From Chlamydiota bacterium (GTDB lineage: Bacteria > Chlamydiota > Chlamydiia > Chlamydiales > SM23-39), in contig JBCAXK010000004.1 in the NCBI GenBank assembly GCA_038534095.1, forward strand, positions 8,397-72,396: DNA of 64,000 nucleotides, in the 5' to 3' direction. Position 1 is the first letter of the stretch. Each line of letters begins with the position of its first letter. Below, piece after piece: positions 1 to 9,839 of the stretch. Under the pieces are notes generated by a model. The model saw only the letters and a program-made list of their open reading frames with translations. It searched no databases and was not told the DNA's origin. Both the position numbers and the translations under genes were made by a program.

Positions 1-342
1 CTTGCAACTTGCTACGCGGTATCTGACGCTGCAATTGTTGGAGGCAGTTATGTCGACAACATCGGGGGGCACAATGTACTCGAACCAAACTTTTCTGGTA
101 CGCCCGTTTTTTATGGCCCTTTTATGCATGGACAAAAAGATTTAGCGCACCTTGTGGAAAACGCCAAAAGTGGCAAGGTTCTACAAGAACACGAGCTGGT
201 GCCCTTCTTTACCGAGTACTTTGCCTGCCCCAAAGAAAAACACCGCATGAAAAACGCTGCTACTCAGCTGATTTCTTCGTTAGACGAAAATCTTGCAGGA
301 ACAATCCAACGTTTTACCGAGTATGGCGCTTTTGTTCGGTAA
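1..342 (+). CDS. waaA: 3-deoxy-D-manno-octulosonic acid (Kdo) transferase, C-terminal part (5' end outside the window)
   Basis: Frame 1 is open from base 1: LATCYAVSDAAIVGGSYVDNIGGHNVLEP...PVFYGPFM, matching the WaaA/KdtA GGS..GGHNxLEP motif. Confidence 0.88.
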   Translation, partial: LATCYAVSDAAIVGGSYVDNIGGHNVLEPNFSGTPVFYGPFMHGQKDLAHLVENAKSGKVLQEHELVPFFTEYFACPKEKHRMKNAATQLISSLDENLAGTIQRFTEYGAFVR

Positions 343-399
343 ACTTCTTGTCGTAAACTTGCCTTTTTGTTAATCTCTTAGGTAAGTTCGATAAATGAT

Positions 400-472
<73 letters not shown>

Positions 473-479
473 TTTTTTC

Positions 480-553
480 GGCGGTATAGCTCAGTTGGTT
501 AGAGCAGCGGAATCATAATCCGCGTGTCGGCGGTTCGAGTCCGTCTACCGCTA
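480..553 (+). tRNA. tRNA with CAT anticodon, probably elongator Met (Ile2/lysidine not excluded)
   Basis: GGCGGTA...TACCGCT-A acceptor; D-arm AGCTCAGTTGGTTAGAGC; anticodon arm GCGGA-ATCATAA-TCCGC; T-loop GGTTCGAGTCC. Confidence 0.93.
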
Positions 554-778
554 CATTGCAACGTTTTCTCAATTTAGATAAAAATATATCTAGGTTTTAT
601 CTAGCGCTATACGATTATCACCTCATTTTAGATTAGCAAATATTTACTATCGAATTTTCGCTAGATAGATGCATAAATTGGCATAATTAGATTGCGATGA
701 TTTTAGAGAATCGTCTTGATTTTTCCTTAAAGGAAACGGGTAATACCCGTATAGTCTTAAGAAAATAGATCGAGTTAC

Positions 779-1957
779 ATGTCAGAGTCTTACAAATTCC
801 CTACAGCCCCTCCTTCTCTTTGGACTCTCATCTTTTTACTATCGTTTCCTGCTGTAGCTGCCATTTTTTTTACGCCAAGTCTTCCTGCCATTATGGAAGA
901 GTTCCAGTTATCAAAAGCAGAAGTTTCTTTAGCAGTGACCGCTTTTCTCCTCTGTTATGGGGTTTCTCAGCTATTGTACGCTCCTATTGCAAATAAGTTT
1001 GGTAGGAAAAATGCCTTGTATGTAGGCATTTTTTTGGCCATCGTGAGTTCCCTACTAGGAGCTTTTTCTGCCGATGTGAGTTTTCGATTGCTCGTATTTG
1101 CAAGGGCGTTACAGGGACTAGGTTCGGGAGCAGGGCTGAACATCACGTTTACCATCATCAACGACTTTTATTATAAAGAACAAGCAAGAAGAATTCTTCC
1201 CCTTGTTTCTCTCTCTTTTGCTACGCTTCCCGTTCTTGCTATGGTGGTTGCAGGCGTTTTCACTACGTACATCTCTTGGAAATCGGTGTTTTACGCTTTT
1301 GCGCTATACTCTTTATTCATTTTATGGAGAGTCAAAGACCTCCCTGAAACGTACTGTAAAAAAAGCGCGCAAGAGCTCACCATAAAAAGGGCGCTTCTTC
1401 ACTATAGTAAAGGGATAGTAGATCCTCGCCTTGTATCATACAGTCTCCTTTTTGGTTGCACAACTTCGATGATCTATCTTTTTGCAGCCAATGCTCCTAT
1501 TCTCGTTGTGGAACGGTGGGGGTATTCTGCCTCTTTTTATGGATTGCTGAGCCTGATTCCTTCTCTTGGGTACGTAAGCGGGAATCTTCTTGCTAGGGGC
1601 TTGAGTTCGATCGCACAGCCTAGAAACGTGATGGCTTTAGGGATTGTCCTTATGTTGACAGCCACCTCGTTCATGCAGCATTTTTGGGAACAGCTTGGTA
1701 TAATAAGTCTATTTATTCCCGCCTATTTTTTGTATGTGGGCATTCCGCTCTCCCATACAAACGCTTCCCTCTTAGCGACTACCCATTTTGAAGACCGCTC
1801 TAGTGGGTCTAGCATCATGAGCTTTTGCAATGTGACCTTTGCGTTTGTTAGCGTTCAACTCGCTGAAGCTCTTCCAAAGGTTACGATCCCGATCGCTTTT
1901 TTTACCCTTCTTGGACTTATGATGACGCTCTTTGTATATTCTCGTCACTACGATTGA
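779..1957 (+). CDS. MFS drug:H+ antiporter (Bcr/CflA-like)
   Basis: About 12 hydrophobic segments, PSLPAI motif, ANKFGRK loop motif, ARALQGLG. Confidence 0.85.
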   Translation: MSESYKFPTAPPSLWTLIFLLSFPAVAAIFFTPSLPAIMEEFQLSKAEVSLAVTAFLLCYGVSQLLYAPIANKFGRKNALYVGIFLAIVSSLLGAFSADVSFRLLVFARALQGLGSGAGLNITFTIINDFYYKEQARRILPLVSLSFATLPVLAMVVAGVFTTYISWKSVFYAFALYSLFILWRVKDLPETYCKKSAQELTIKRALLHYSKGIVDPRLVSYSLLFGCTTSMIYLFAANAPILVVERWGYSASFYGLLSLIPSLGYVSGNLLARGLSSIAQPRNVMALGIVLMLTATSFMQHFWEQLGIISLFIPAYFLYVGIPLSHTNASLLATTHFEDRSSGSSIMSFCNVTFAFVSVQLAEALPKVTIPIAFFTLLGLMMTLFVYSRHYD

Positions 1958-2678
1958 GTTCTGCGAGTTTGGCATATTTGTAGTAACTAGAAAGCCCTTT
2001 ATAGAAAGAAATTGTCCATCCTGCGCTTCCAAATAGGCACCCTTTTTGCAAAATATAGGCACGAAAAAAGCTCCATAGTCCCCGAAACGCCGCTTTTTTG
2101 TAAGAGGAGGGGGTCCCGTGGTGCTGTTTGGCATAAAGGTCTGTGTAGTACTGCAGCTTCTCGATAAAATCCCTTTCTTCTAAGAAAGGGGTGTGGAGTA
2201 GAGAGCCTGGAAAGTACTTCATCTCAAAGCCCTTTGTTTCTATTTTTTCATGAACGAAATCCTCTGTGAATGCGGTCTTTTTTCTATGGTAAAGACGGAT
2301 CCTTTTTTCATCGTTCCATCCTGAACAGGTGATTTTTTTTCCTCGGAAATAGTTCTCTCGCACAAGGCCATAAACGCAATTAGGATCTAAAGAGGCGGTC
2401 CTGATGGCATGTTCTAAAGAAGGAGAAAGCGCTTCATCGCTGTCAATGGATAAAATCCAGTCATGCCTCGCTTCCAAACTAGCCGCATTTCTCGTGGGAC
2501 CAAAAGTGGAAAATTTTTTTGCTAGAACGCGAACATTGGAATAACTATTTGCAATTTCCAACGTCTGATCAGAAGATCCGGTATCCACAATCAACACTTC
2601 TGGGAATTTTGCGAGTGAGCGCAGGGTGTTTGCGAGCGTTCTAGCGCTATTTTTTGTAAGAATAACAACAGAAATCAT
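1917..2678 (-). CDS. Glycosyltransferase family 2 (LPS beta-1,4-glucosyltransferase, WaaE/LgtF-like)
   Basis: ISVVILTKN, IVDTGSSDQT, WILSIDSDE and VHE motifs. Confidence 0.88.
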   Translation of the reverse strand: MISVVILTKNSARTLANTLRSLAKFPEVLIVDTGSSDQTLEIANSYSNVRVLAKKFSTFGPTRNAASLEARHDWILSIDSDEALSPSLEHAIRTASLDPNCVYGLVRENYFRGKKITCSGWNDEKRIRLYHRKKTAFTEDFVHEKIETKGFEMKYFPGSLLHTPFLEERDFIEKLQYYTDLYAKQHHGTPSSYKKAAFRGLWSFFRAYILQKGCLFGSAGWTISFYKGLSSYYKYAKLAELNRSDENIQRASS

Positions 2679-2781
2679 TTCAAAGTAACAAAAATATAAA
2701 AAATAGAATATATATTTTTAAGAATTCTAACGCTTAAAATTATTGAATAGATAAGATAAACTATATACGAAGGATTTTCTT

Positions 2782-4104
2782 ATGACAAAAGATTTTTTTT
2801 CTGACGAAAGAAAAATTTATGATTCGGTACACGGATTTATCCGCTTAGATACCATCGAAAAAGAACTGATCGAATCTTGGCCTTTTCAAAGGTTACACCA
2901 TATCCGGCAACTTGGGGGCGCTTTTCTTGTGTATCCTGGAGCTACCCATACAAGATTTGAACATTCTTTGGGAGTGATGGAGCTTGCTACCCGCATTTAC
3001 CACAATATTTGTAAGGCGGTGCGTCCAGACGTGTTTGCCCACGTTCCAAGAAAAGGATCGGTGGAGTACCACTACTGGCGCAAAGTACTCAGAATGTCCG
3101 CGCTATGTCATGATCTTGGCCATCTTCCCTTCTCTCACGCAGCAGAAAAGATGTTTTTAGGAGAAAAGGGGCACGAATATTGGACCTGCCGTGTAATTGA
3201 GAGCCCATTTATTCGACCTATCTTAGAAAAGGCGTATGTGGAAGCGGGATTTCAAGAGCTTTTTCCAGATAGGGATTTTGCGCAAGATGTAGCAAAAATT
3301 GCGGTAGGGGAGAGTTCCTGGAAAGCCCTTGGTCATAAGGGACTCTCCACCTGGGAAAAAATTGTTAGCGAGGTGATTACGGGGAACTTTTTTGGAGCTG
3401 ACCGGATCGATTACCTGTTAAGGGATGCAAAAAGTACGGGCGTTGCTTATGGACTGTTTGATTATCAGCAGCTCATTGAAATGATTCGGATTTTACCGAG
3501 CGTAAAAGGGGCTCATGAACTTGCTCTTGGGATTAACGAAAATGGGATGGAATCTTGTGAGGCGCTTCTTCTAGCGAGACATTTTATGCACAGAAGAGTC
3601 TATCAGTACGCTGGGGTAAAATCCTTCAATTTTCATTTACAAAACTTCATGCAAACATTCACCACAAAAGAAACTTTTGAGAGCGTAGAAAACTACATAT
3701 CGCTTACTGACAATACAATTTTGCATGCGTTAGAAACAGCTTATCGGGAAAAAAATCATCCAGGATTTGCAGATGCTGGTGCTATTTTGGGAAGAAAGAA
3801 CCGGTATAAAGCGCTGGGGGTAGGGAAAAAACTGTCGGAAGAACACCTAGCTTCCATTTGCAAACAGGCCAACATTCCTCCTAAAGAGACCTATCTTGAA
3901 AGCGCCGCCACGAAAAATCATGAGGAACTCTTAAGTTTTCCTGTGTCTCGTAAACATTTGATGGTTGAGCCTGCTCACAAAGTCTCTCAGCTCCTCTTCC
4001 GGTTTTTTTCTGAAGCCAATAGCTGGATCTACGTCCCTTCAGAAAATGAATCACGTCTTCGAGATGCGCTAGCCATTTGGAGTACCAAGCCCCATGTTTT
4101 CTAG
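2782..4104 (+). CDS. HD-domain dNTP triphosphohydrolase (SAMHD1/YwfO-like)
   Basis: IYDSVHG, FQRLHHIRQLG..VYPGATHTRFEHSLGV, LCHDLGHLPFSH, ADRIDYLLRD, RHFMHRRVY. Confidence 0.9.
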   Translation: MTKDFFSDERKIYDSVHGFIRLDTIEKELIESWPFQRLHHIRQLGGAFLVYPGATHTRFEHSLGVMELATRIYHNICKAVRPDVFAHVPRKGSVEYHYWRKVLRMSALCHDLGHLPFSHAAEKMFLGEKGHEYWTCRVIESPFIRPILEKAYVEAGFQELFPDRDFAQDVAKIAVGESSWKALGHKGLSTWEKIVSEVITGNFFGADRIDYLLRDAKSTGVAYGLFDYQQLIEMIRILPSVKGAHELALGINENGMESCEALLLARHFMHRRVYQYAGVKSFNFHLQNFMQTFTTKETFESVENYISLTDNTILHALETAYREKNHPGFADAGAILGRKNRYKALGVGKKLSEEHLASICKQANIPPKETYLESAATKNHEELLSFPVSRKHLMVEPAHKVSQLLFRFFSEANSWIYVPSENESRLRDALAIWSTKPHVF

Positions 4105-5350
4105 ACTCCTTAGCCTTCAAGGATTTTCGAACAAAACGGCGCGATTTCTTCTATTTGCTATGGCGTGTAGTTTCTTTATTGCGATGGAATATGGGATTTC
4201 TAGGCCCGCAAGTAGCGCATTTTTTGTATCTAAATTGGGCGCTTCTTATTACCCATACGCTTGGCTTGTCGGCGTGCCGGTCAATTTTTTTCTCATTTTT
4301 CTCTATAACCGATTTCTCCCTAAAATGGGCTGTTTAGCGATGATGCGCCTTGTGATCATGCTCGTGATGTCCATCGGCCTTATGACCTACCTGCTCGTTG
4401 ACCGTAGTGAGATTGCCGTCTTTTGCCATTACATTTGGAAGGATATTTACATACTCCTTATGTTCAAGCAGCTTTGGTCGCTGATCCACAGCACGGTAGA
4501 CACGCAAAAAGCACGGTATTTATACGGGCTGTTTTTCGGCATTGGCGGGCTAGGATCGGTGATCGGAAGCGCTCTTCCTGGCTTTTTTGCGGTGGCTTTA
4601 GGGTCAAAAACCCTATTTTTAGGGACGCTTCCCATCTACCTTTTACTCGGGATTTTCTACCAAAAAGCGTTGAACGAGAGCCAAGTACATTTTGGATTTC
4701 GTGATCCTTTTGCTTCTCCCAGCAACAATCCCTTTTCCTTCATTTTTCAGAAACGATTTTTGTTCTACATTGCCTCTCTTGTGATGTTCATGCAACTGTC
4801 TGTTGCTTTTGTTGAATACCAATTCAACTACTACTTACAAACAGCGCTTCCTACTTTGGACCTGCGCACAGAGTACTGCGGACGCCTTTTCAGCATCATC
4901 AATATGCTCACAACAAGTTTTCAGATGTTGGGAGGATTTTTACTGATACAAACGCTTGGGATAAGCCTGTCCCACAAGATCATTCCACTCCTGTTTTTTT
5001 TACAAGCGGCGCTGTTTGCGGTGATTCCCTCGTTTCGTATGGTGTCCATGTCCTTTGTTTCTGTGAAATCGATTGACCACTCATTCTTTGGAATCATCCG
5101 AGAAATGTTATACATTCCTCTGACAAAAGAGGAAAAATTCCAAGCAAAAGCGGTGATCGATGTGTTTATCTACCGTTTTGCAAAAGCTTTTGCTGCAATT
5201 TTGTTGATCTTAGGGGAGTGGATAGCGCCCGCTTCTATCCTGCAAGTGGTGCAAATGGGATCGTTTCTTGTGTTTGGTCTGTGGATGTTTACCACCTACA
5301 AAATGTTTCGAGAAAAGCATCTCACATCGACTCTGATTGCTTCAAAGTAG
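4094..5350 (+). CDS. TLC/NTT-family (ATP/ADP translocase-like) nucleotide carrier
   Basis: MFS-like hydrophobicity with EYGISRP, W...QKARYLYG..G.GGLG, and REMLYIPLTKEEKFQAKAVIDVFIYRFAKA typical of TLC proteins. Confidence 0.8.
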   Translation: MFSRLLSLQGFSNKTARFLLFAMACSFFIAMEYGISRPASSAFFVSKLGASYYPYAWLVGVPVNFFLIFLYNRFLPKMGCLAMMRLVIMLVMSIGLMTYLLVDRSEIAVFCHYIWKDIYILLMFKQLWSLIHSTVDTQKARYLYGLFFGIGGLGSVIGSALPGFFAVALGSKTLFLGTLPIYLLLGIFYQKALNESQVHFGFRDPFASPSNNPFSFIFQKRFLFYIASLVMFMQLSVAFVEYQFNYYLQTALPTLDLRTEYCGRLFSIINMLTTSFQMLGGFLLIQTLGISLSHKIIPLLFFLQAALFAVIPSFRMVSMSFVSVKSIDHSFFGIIREMLYIPLTKEEKFQAKAVIDVFIYRFAKAFAAILLILGEWIAPASILQVVQMGSFLVFGLWMFTTYKMFREKHLTSTLIASK

Positions 5351-5836
5351 GGAAAAAGGCTTATCGAAATTGGGAAAGTCGCTCATCTCAGGAACGATTT
5401 CTTCAAACAACACTTCGTTGTTTTCATCAAGCACCAAAATGGCGCGCGCAAGTAGTCCCGCAACAGGTCCATCTTTGATCAGTATGCCATACGTTTCTCC
5501 AAACCCTTGAAAGCGGAATGTGGAGAGCATGATCAAATTGGGAATCGATTCTTGTTCGCAATAATGGCTCTGCGCAAAAGGTAAATCGGCAGAAACGACA
5601 ACAAAACTCACCTCTGGTTTCTCTTTTGCTCGCTCTCCAAGATCTTTGCCACTTTTCGAGCAGATAGAGGTCGCAATGCTAGGAACAAAGTAGAAGAATT
5701 TTTTCCCCTTGGCAAAATCTTGTAAAGTGACGTCTTTTAGATCCCGATTCGTGAGGGTAAACGGAGGCGCTTTTGTTCCCACTTGGGGGAGATTGCCGTA
5801 GGTATGGATCGGATTGCCTTTGAAGAGAATTTGCAT
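5342..5836 (-). CDS. tpx: Thiol peroxidase (atypical 2-Cys peroxiredoxin)
   Basis: FKGNPI..G.LPQVG.KAP.F, PSIATSIC, SADLPFAQ..C, GLLARA. Confidence 0.9.
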   Translation of the reverse strand: MQILFKGNPIHTYGNLPQVGTKAPPFTLTNRDLKDVTLQDFAKGKKFFYFVPSIATSICSKSGKDLGERAKEKPEVSFVVVSADLPFAQSHYCEQESIPNLIMLSTFRFQGFGETYGILIKDGPVAGLLARAILVLDENNEVLFEEIVPEMSDFPNFDKPFSLL

Positions 5837-6020
5837 ACTATCTCCATATTTTTCTCTAAAAGTAGCCTGTTTTCCCCCCTTTTGGCAATAGAAAAAGCGT
5901 TTCTATTTCTCCTACGATCTTCTTTTGATGACTCCGTGGACGTTTTCATCACAAACGTTGCTAAAGCGTTTGTAAAATATTTCGATTTTTTGTAACTCAT
6001 AAAAAAAGGGGAGGGGGGAT

Positions 6021-6206
6021 ATGTTTTGGAAAATGACAATGCTGGCAAGCGTTTTTTTTGCCTACAGCTGGTTTATTGGATCAGATGATACAAAAAGTAT
6101 GAAAAAATTAGGGGAAAAAGTCTACGAATCGGTCTGTCACTTTGCTGAAGAGCATGAGATCCGGCTCCATGTGCATACGCCTGCTTGCTTTGCAGAAGAG
6201 GAGTAG
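6021..6206 (+). CDS. Small hypothetical protein with hydrophobic N-terminus
   Basis: ATG preceded by GGGGAGGGGG RBS-like sequence; fills the gap between tpx and the HIT gene. Confidence 0.55.
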   Translation: MFWKMTMLASVFFAYSWFIGSDDTKSMKKLGEKVYESVCHFAEEHEIRLHVHTPACFAEEE

Positions 6207-6208
6207 AG

Positions 6209-6670
6209 CTACTCTTTGCGGATTTGCCTCGCTAAACGATCCAAATCCCGCTCATCAGCCCGTACGTAATCGTGTGAAGAGACGTATCCTTCATATTTTT
6301 CAAAATACTGATCAATATGCGCAGTCATCCCTTGCCATTTGGTATTTTTTTTGATTCCGTGCAAAGGGATGATTTTTATGTGGGCGTGATCAATACCTAG
6401 ACCCTCAGCAATCATCGCGCATCTAGCCACCCCTAACTTTTCATCTAAAAGAAGGCCCACCTCTTTAGCCGCAGCGCATAATCCAGCATAAATTTTCTCA
6501 TGAAGAGAAAATACATAGCTAGGATAATGAATTTTGGAGGTGACTACTGTAAAGCCTTCTGTGTTGGGAAAAATCGATAAAAAAGCGATGAACTCGTCAT
6601 TTTCCCAAATTTTATGGCAAGGAGCTTCTCCTTTCGCAATTTTGCAAAAAATACAAGATTCTTCTGTCAT
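6209..6670 (-). CDS. HIT-family hydrolase
   Basis: CIFCKIAKGE, AFLSIFPNTEGFTVV, variant triad HAHIK; ATG at 6670 preferred over TTG at 6694. Confidence 0.85.
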   Translation of the reverse strand: MTEESCIFCKIAKGEAPCHKIWENDEFIAFLSIFPNTEGFTVVTSKIHYPSYVFSLHEKIYAGLCAAAKEVGLLLDEKLGVARCAMIAEGLGIDHAHIKIIPLHGIKKNTKWQGMTAHIDQYFEKYEGYVSSHDYVRADERDLDRLARQIRKE

Positions 6671-6749
6671 AGAGCCTACTTCCGCTAATAGCAATAGAAA
6701 ATTTTAGAGAATTTTCGATTAATCCTTTTTATAGTATAATATACGATTA

Positions 6750-7856
6750 TTGAATGGAGTCAAATTTTTGTCTGAAATTCCGCCTAATTCTAGCTCTATC
6801 CCACCAGCGAATGGTATTATTGATCCCCCTTCGATCTTGGCTATTTTGGGAGATCACCATTTAGCTCTGATCACTACGATTTTTCTTCAGCTCATTTCTA
6901 CTACGCAAGCTTCTGTGGGAGAATCAGTTATATCTTCATCTCCCAAAGAAGGCAAGAAACCGGCGCCCTCCCAGTTCACACCAATTTCTACTCAGATCGC
7001 TGAAGGGCTCATCGAAACCCATATCTGGATTGCAACCGTTTTGCAGGAGTTACAGATAGTTCTTTCTCAAGATTCTTTTTTACTAAGTAGAGAACAAGAA
7101 TCTGCTGCTGCTCTTAAAAAACTGGATCAACCTACTGAAAAAGAGCTCTTTGTGGAAACTTCGACAAAAAATACCGTCGAAAACGAGGTGTCTTCACCTC
7201 GACATACCCCTCTTTTTTTCCCCGCAGTCCCTGGAAAAACCATCAATAAAACAGGGGAGCACCCTGCGTTTGCTTCCCTTGCGCAGTCTGAGGCGCCTCA
7301 AAATATCTCTAAACTCCTCACCATCAATGTTTCTTTGATCAAAGCCTTTAAAGATTTGACAAAACTCTCTTTCCTTGAGTCCTCGTTTTCAGAGACATTT
7401 TCGAGTCATGCATCAAAAACACCTTTGCATACACGTTCCCTCTCACTGCTTATTGAGGCAGTAAAACTCTCGCAAACCATTCCTAATATCCGAGAAAACG
7501 TGCTTGATGAACCTAAGCTCAAGAAAGCGCTCGAAGAGCGAGTCTTCTCTGCAGAAGCGTCTAAAAGTGAGAAAATGCTTCCTACACAAAAAAACCTTCC
7601 TAGAGCAGAAAAAGGGACCCTCGACTTAGAAACAATTGCTCCAAAAGTCCTTGCAAAAACCCTGGCAAAATTTTTGCAAAGTGAAAGCGCTCCGATGCCA
7701 ACGCTCGTTGGAAAAGAGGAGGGGAAGATGTTCCAACCTTTGCCCTTTTCTCCAAAATTTGCCTTAAGGCGCAAAAAAGATGTGCAAAAAAAGACACCTC
7801 GAGAAGAGACTGACCAGCATCGGGACGAGGACTGCTTGGAAGAAGAGTCGTCATAG
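6750..7856 (+). CDS. Hypothetical Ser/Pro/Lys-rich protein
   Basis: 368-aa ORF with no recognisable motif; start uncertain. Confidence 0.6.
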   Translation: MNGVKFLSEIPPNSSSIPPANGIIDPPSILAILGDHHLALITTIFLQLISTTQASVGESVISSSPKEGKKPAPSQFTPISTQIAEGLIETHIWIATVLQELQIVLSQDSFLLSREQESAAALKKLDQPTEKELFVETSTKNTVENEVSSPRHTPLFFPAVPGKTINKTGEHPAFASLAQSEAPQNISKLLTINVSLIKAFKDLTKLSFLESSFSETFSSHASKTPLHTRSLSLLIEAVKLSQTIPNIRENVLDEPKLKKALEERVFSAEASKSEKMLPTQKNLPRAEKGTLDLETIAPKVLAKTLAKFLQSESAPMPTLVGKEEGKMFQPLPFSPKFALRRKKDVQKKTPREETDQHRDEDCLEEESS

Positions 7857-7986
7857 CTCTAATCCTTCATATCTTCCTTTCGTTCCATTCTAATCACCCA
7901 TGTTTCTAATCATAATCTCCATATTGATACATCTACAATCCTATTGACATAATAAAATTAAAAAAATACCCTAAAATTATAAAGGG

Positions 7987-8670
7987 ATGATTATTTGTAT
8001 TATGAAGTATTTAAAGGGAATCGTTTTTATAAGTTGTTTTCTCTCTTTTGCTTCTTGCTCAAAATCACCTATTGTCCTCGGAACAGAAACAGATATCAAT
8101 CTGTACCATTTATCCCAACTAGATCTTGGAATGAGCTCTTGTCAAGTACGTTACGTCATGGGAAATCCCTCCATGATCAAAGAAGTCGTTGTGGGGGATA
8201 CAACTTATGAAGTTTGGTACTATTTAACGAGTCCCTATAGACTGGAACAAATCAAACCTATTCGTAGAAATTTCACTCCAGTCGTATTCAAAAACGATGC
8301 AGTAGATGGTTTTGGATATCTTTATTTGAAGCATTTACAAGGAGATAAACGTTTTGAAAGAAACAAAGCGTATTACAATACAAGACCTGAGATCGATAAT
8401 GCAGAGTTACAAAGGGAAGGTCATGGATTTGTTCCGCCCCCTCCCTATGAAAATGTAAGCCCTGAAGCGTTAAGAGATCATACAACAACAGCCCAACCGA
8501 AAACGGACCTTGAAGTGGAAGAAATTCTCGATGAAGTGGAATCAAGCTCTAAACAAAAAGGCGATCATCTCAAAAAAACCCGGTCTACTCCGACAGAAAA
8601 TCAGCAAGAACCTCCAGAAAAACCTGCCCTATCTACTCCTCAATCGATAGAGCCGTCTCCTCAAAGATAA
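7987..8670 (+). CDS. Lipoprotein, DUF3192/BamE(SmpA)-like domain
   Basis: Lipobox FASC; L.LGMS..QV..VMG.P, YEVWYY.T, TPVVFKN..V.GFG; start may be 8002. Confidence 0.7.
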   Translation: MIICIMKYLKGIVFISCFLSFASCSKSPIVLGTETDINLYHLSQLDLGMSSCQVRYVMGNPSMIKEVVVGDTTYEVWYYLTSPYRLEQIKPIRRNFTPVVFKNDAVDGFGYLYLKHLQGDKRFERNKAYYNTRPEIDNAELQREGHGFVPPPPYENVSPEALRDHTTTAQPKTDLEVEEILDEVESSSKQKGDHLKKTRSTPTENQQEPPEKPALSTPQSIEPSPQR

Positions 8671-8777
8671 GGGAGACTACAAAAACCATAAGTTCCTCAT
8701 AGAGCAGACCCTCCAACTTTGTAGTAGTCGTTAGAAACATTGTTGTAAAGGATCTATAAAATGGATCTTTAAACGCT

Positions 8778-9062
8778 CTAACGCCAATTCTGCGGGTAGT
8801 ATTGTAAATCCTGTCTAATGATACCCCTTCGCTTCCAACGTATTCTTCTCCAATGGTCTTTTACTCGTGTTTCAGTCGATTTTTTTTGATGGGTTTTTGT
8901 AGTAGGTGAGCTCTTTGTATACGAAAACGCTTGGGAAAAGCACTCTCTAACGATTTTTTGTACTTTCGAGGCTAATTGTTTGAGTTGCTCTCCGATACAA
9001 GCAAAAGCTTTACAACATTGTTCTGGTATCTGTGAGCATAGTAAGTTTTGTACTGTTGTCAT
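8778..9062 (-). CDS. Small hypothetical protein
   Basis: ATG preceded by GGGAGA RBS; Cys-rich N-terminus and basic C-terminus. Confidence 0.55.
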   Translation of the reverse strand: MTTVQNLLCSQIPEQCCKAFACIGEQLKQLASKVQKIVRECFSQAFSYTKSSPTTKTHQKKSTETRVKDHWRRIRWKRRGIIRQDLQYYPQNWR

Positions 9063-9273
9063 TATTTCTCCCTTAAATAATTAGTTAAACTTCCCTAAAA
9101 AATAGCATTAAAGTTTTTTAAATTAAAAACATTCAAATTAATTATATTAAAAAAACCATTAAAAATGAATAAACTTTTAGTTCAATGGCTTTTAATTTTC
9201 TTAAACATATTAATATCAGATGTTTAATGTAAAAAACCAGTCTTTTTAAAATAAAATTTTTTGTTATTGTTGA

Positions 9274-9501
9274 GTGTTATCCATTAAAAACCTGGATAAA
9301 CAAACATCCTCATTATTGACATCGCTAATATACCTTACTTTAGAGGGCAAAAACTTAAGATCTCTTCCAGAAAACATTGGAAATTGCAAATCACTACGAT
9401 CACTCATTTTAGACGGCAAAAAATTCGCTCCTCTCGAACAAAAAATTCAAGGTTTGATGCCACGAACAAGTATCCATTTCGCGTACTACGAGAACGAATA
9501 A
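9274..9501 (+). pseudogene. Leucine-rich-repeat gene fragment
   Basis: LTSLIYLTLEGKNLRSLPENIGNCKSLRSLILDG gives about 1.5 LRR units; GTG start without a clear RBS; only 75 aa. Confidence 0.6.
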
Positions 9502-9588
9502 TCAAAAGAAACAGAAATCACAAATAAGATTTTGGGAATGTTTGCATGATTCATTTCTAGATTCAGGCTATTTTCTGTGAGACTTAGA

Positions 9589-9616
9589 ACGTCTGATAAT
9601 TGGTATTATGTGACAT
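9589..9616 (+). other. Candidate dif (XerC/XerD recombination) site
   Basis: ACGTCTGATAA-TTGGTA-TTATGTGACAT has the 11-6-11 layout; right arm matches E. coli XerD arm TTATGTTAAAT at 9/11; intergenic. Confidence 0.65.
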
Positions 9617-9839
9617 AAAGAAGAAATCAGAAGTGATTGTGCTGTAGGTCCTAAGAGCGCCGCAAGTTTTAACAAGTGTTTTTTTAATAAAGATCATTCA
9701 TCTCTATTATTCACTATTAGTCACATTAAGAATTTCTTTTTTTCTTTTTCTTGTGTTTTTTATTCGCAAAAAGTTCGTCATGTTGAGTATGATTTTATGT
9801 ACTGTATCAGAAACCATAACAAAAAAGGAGTGTTTGTTT

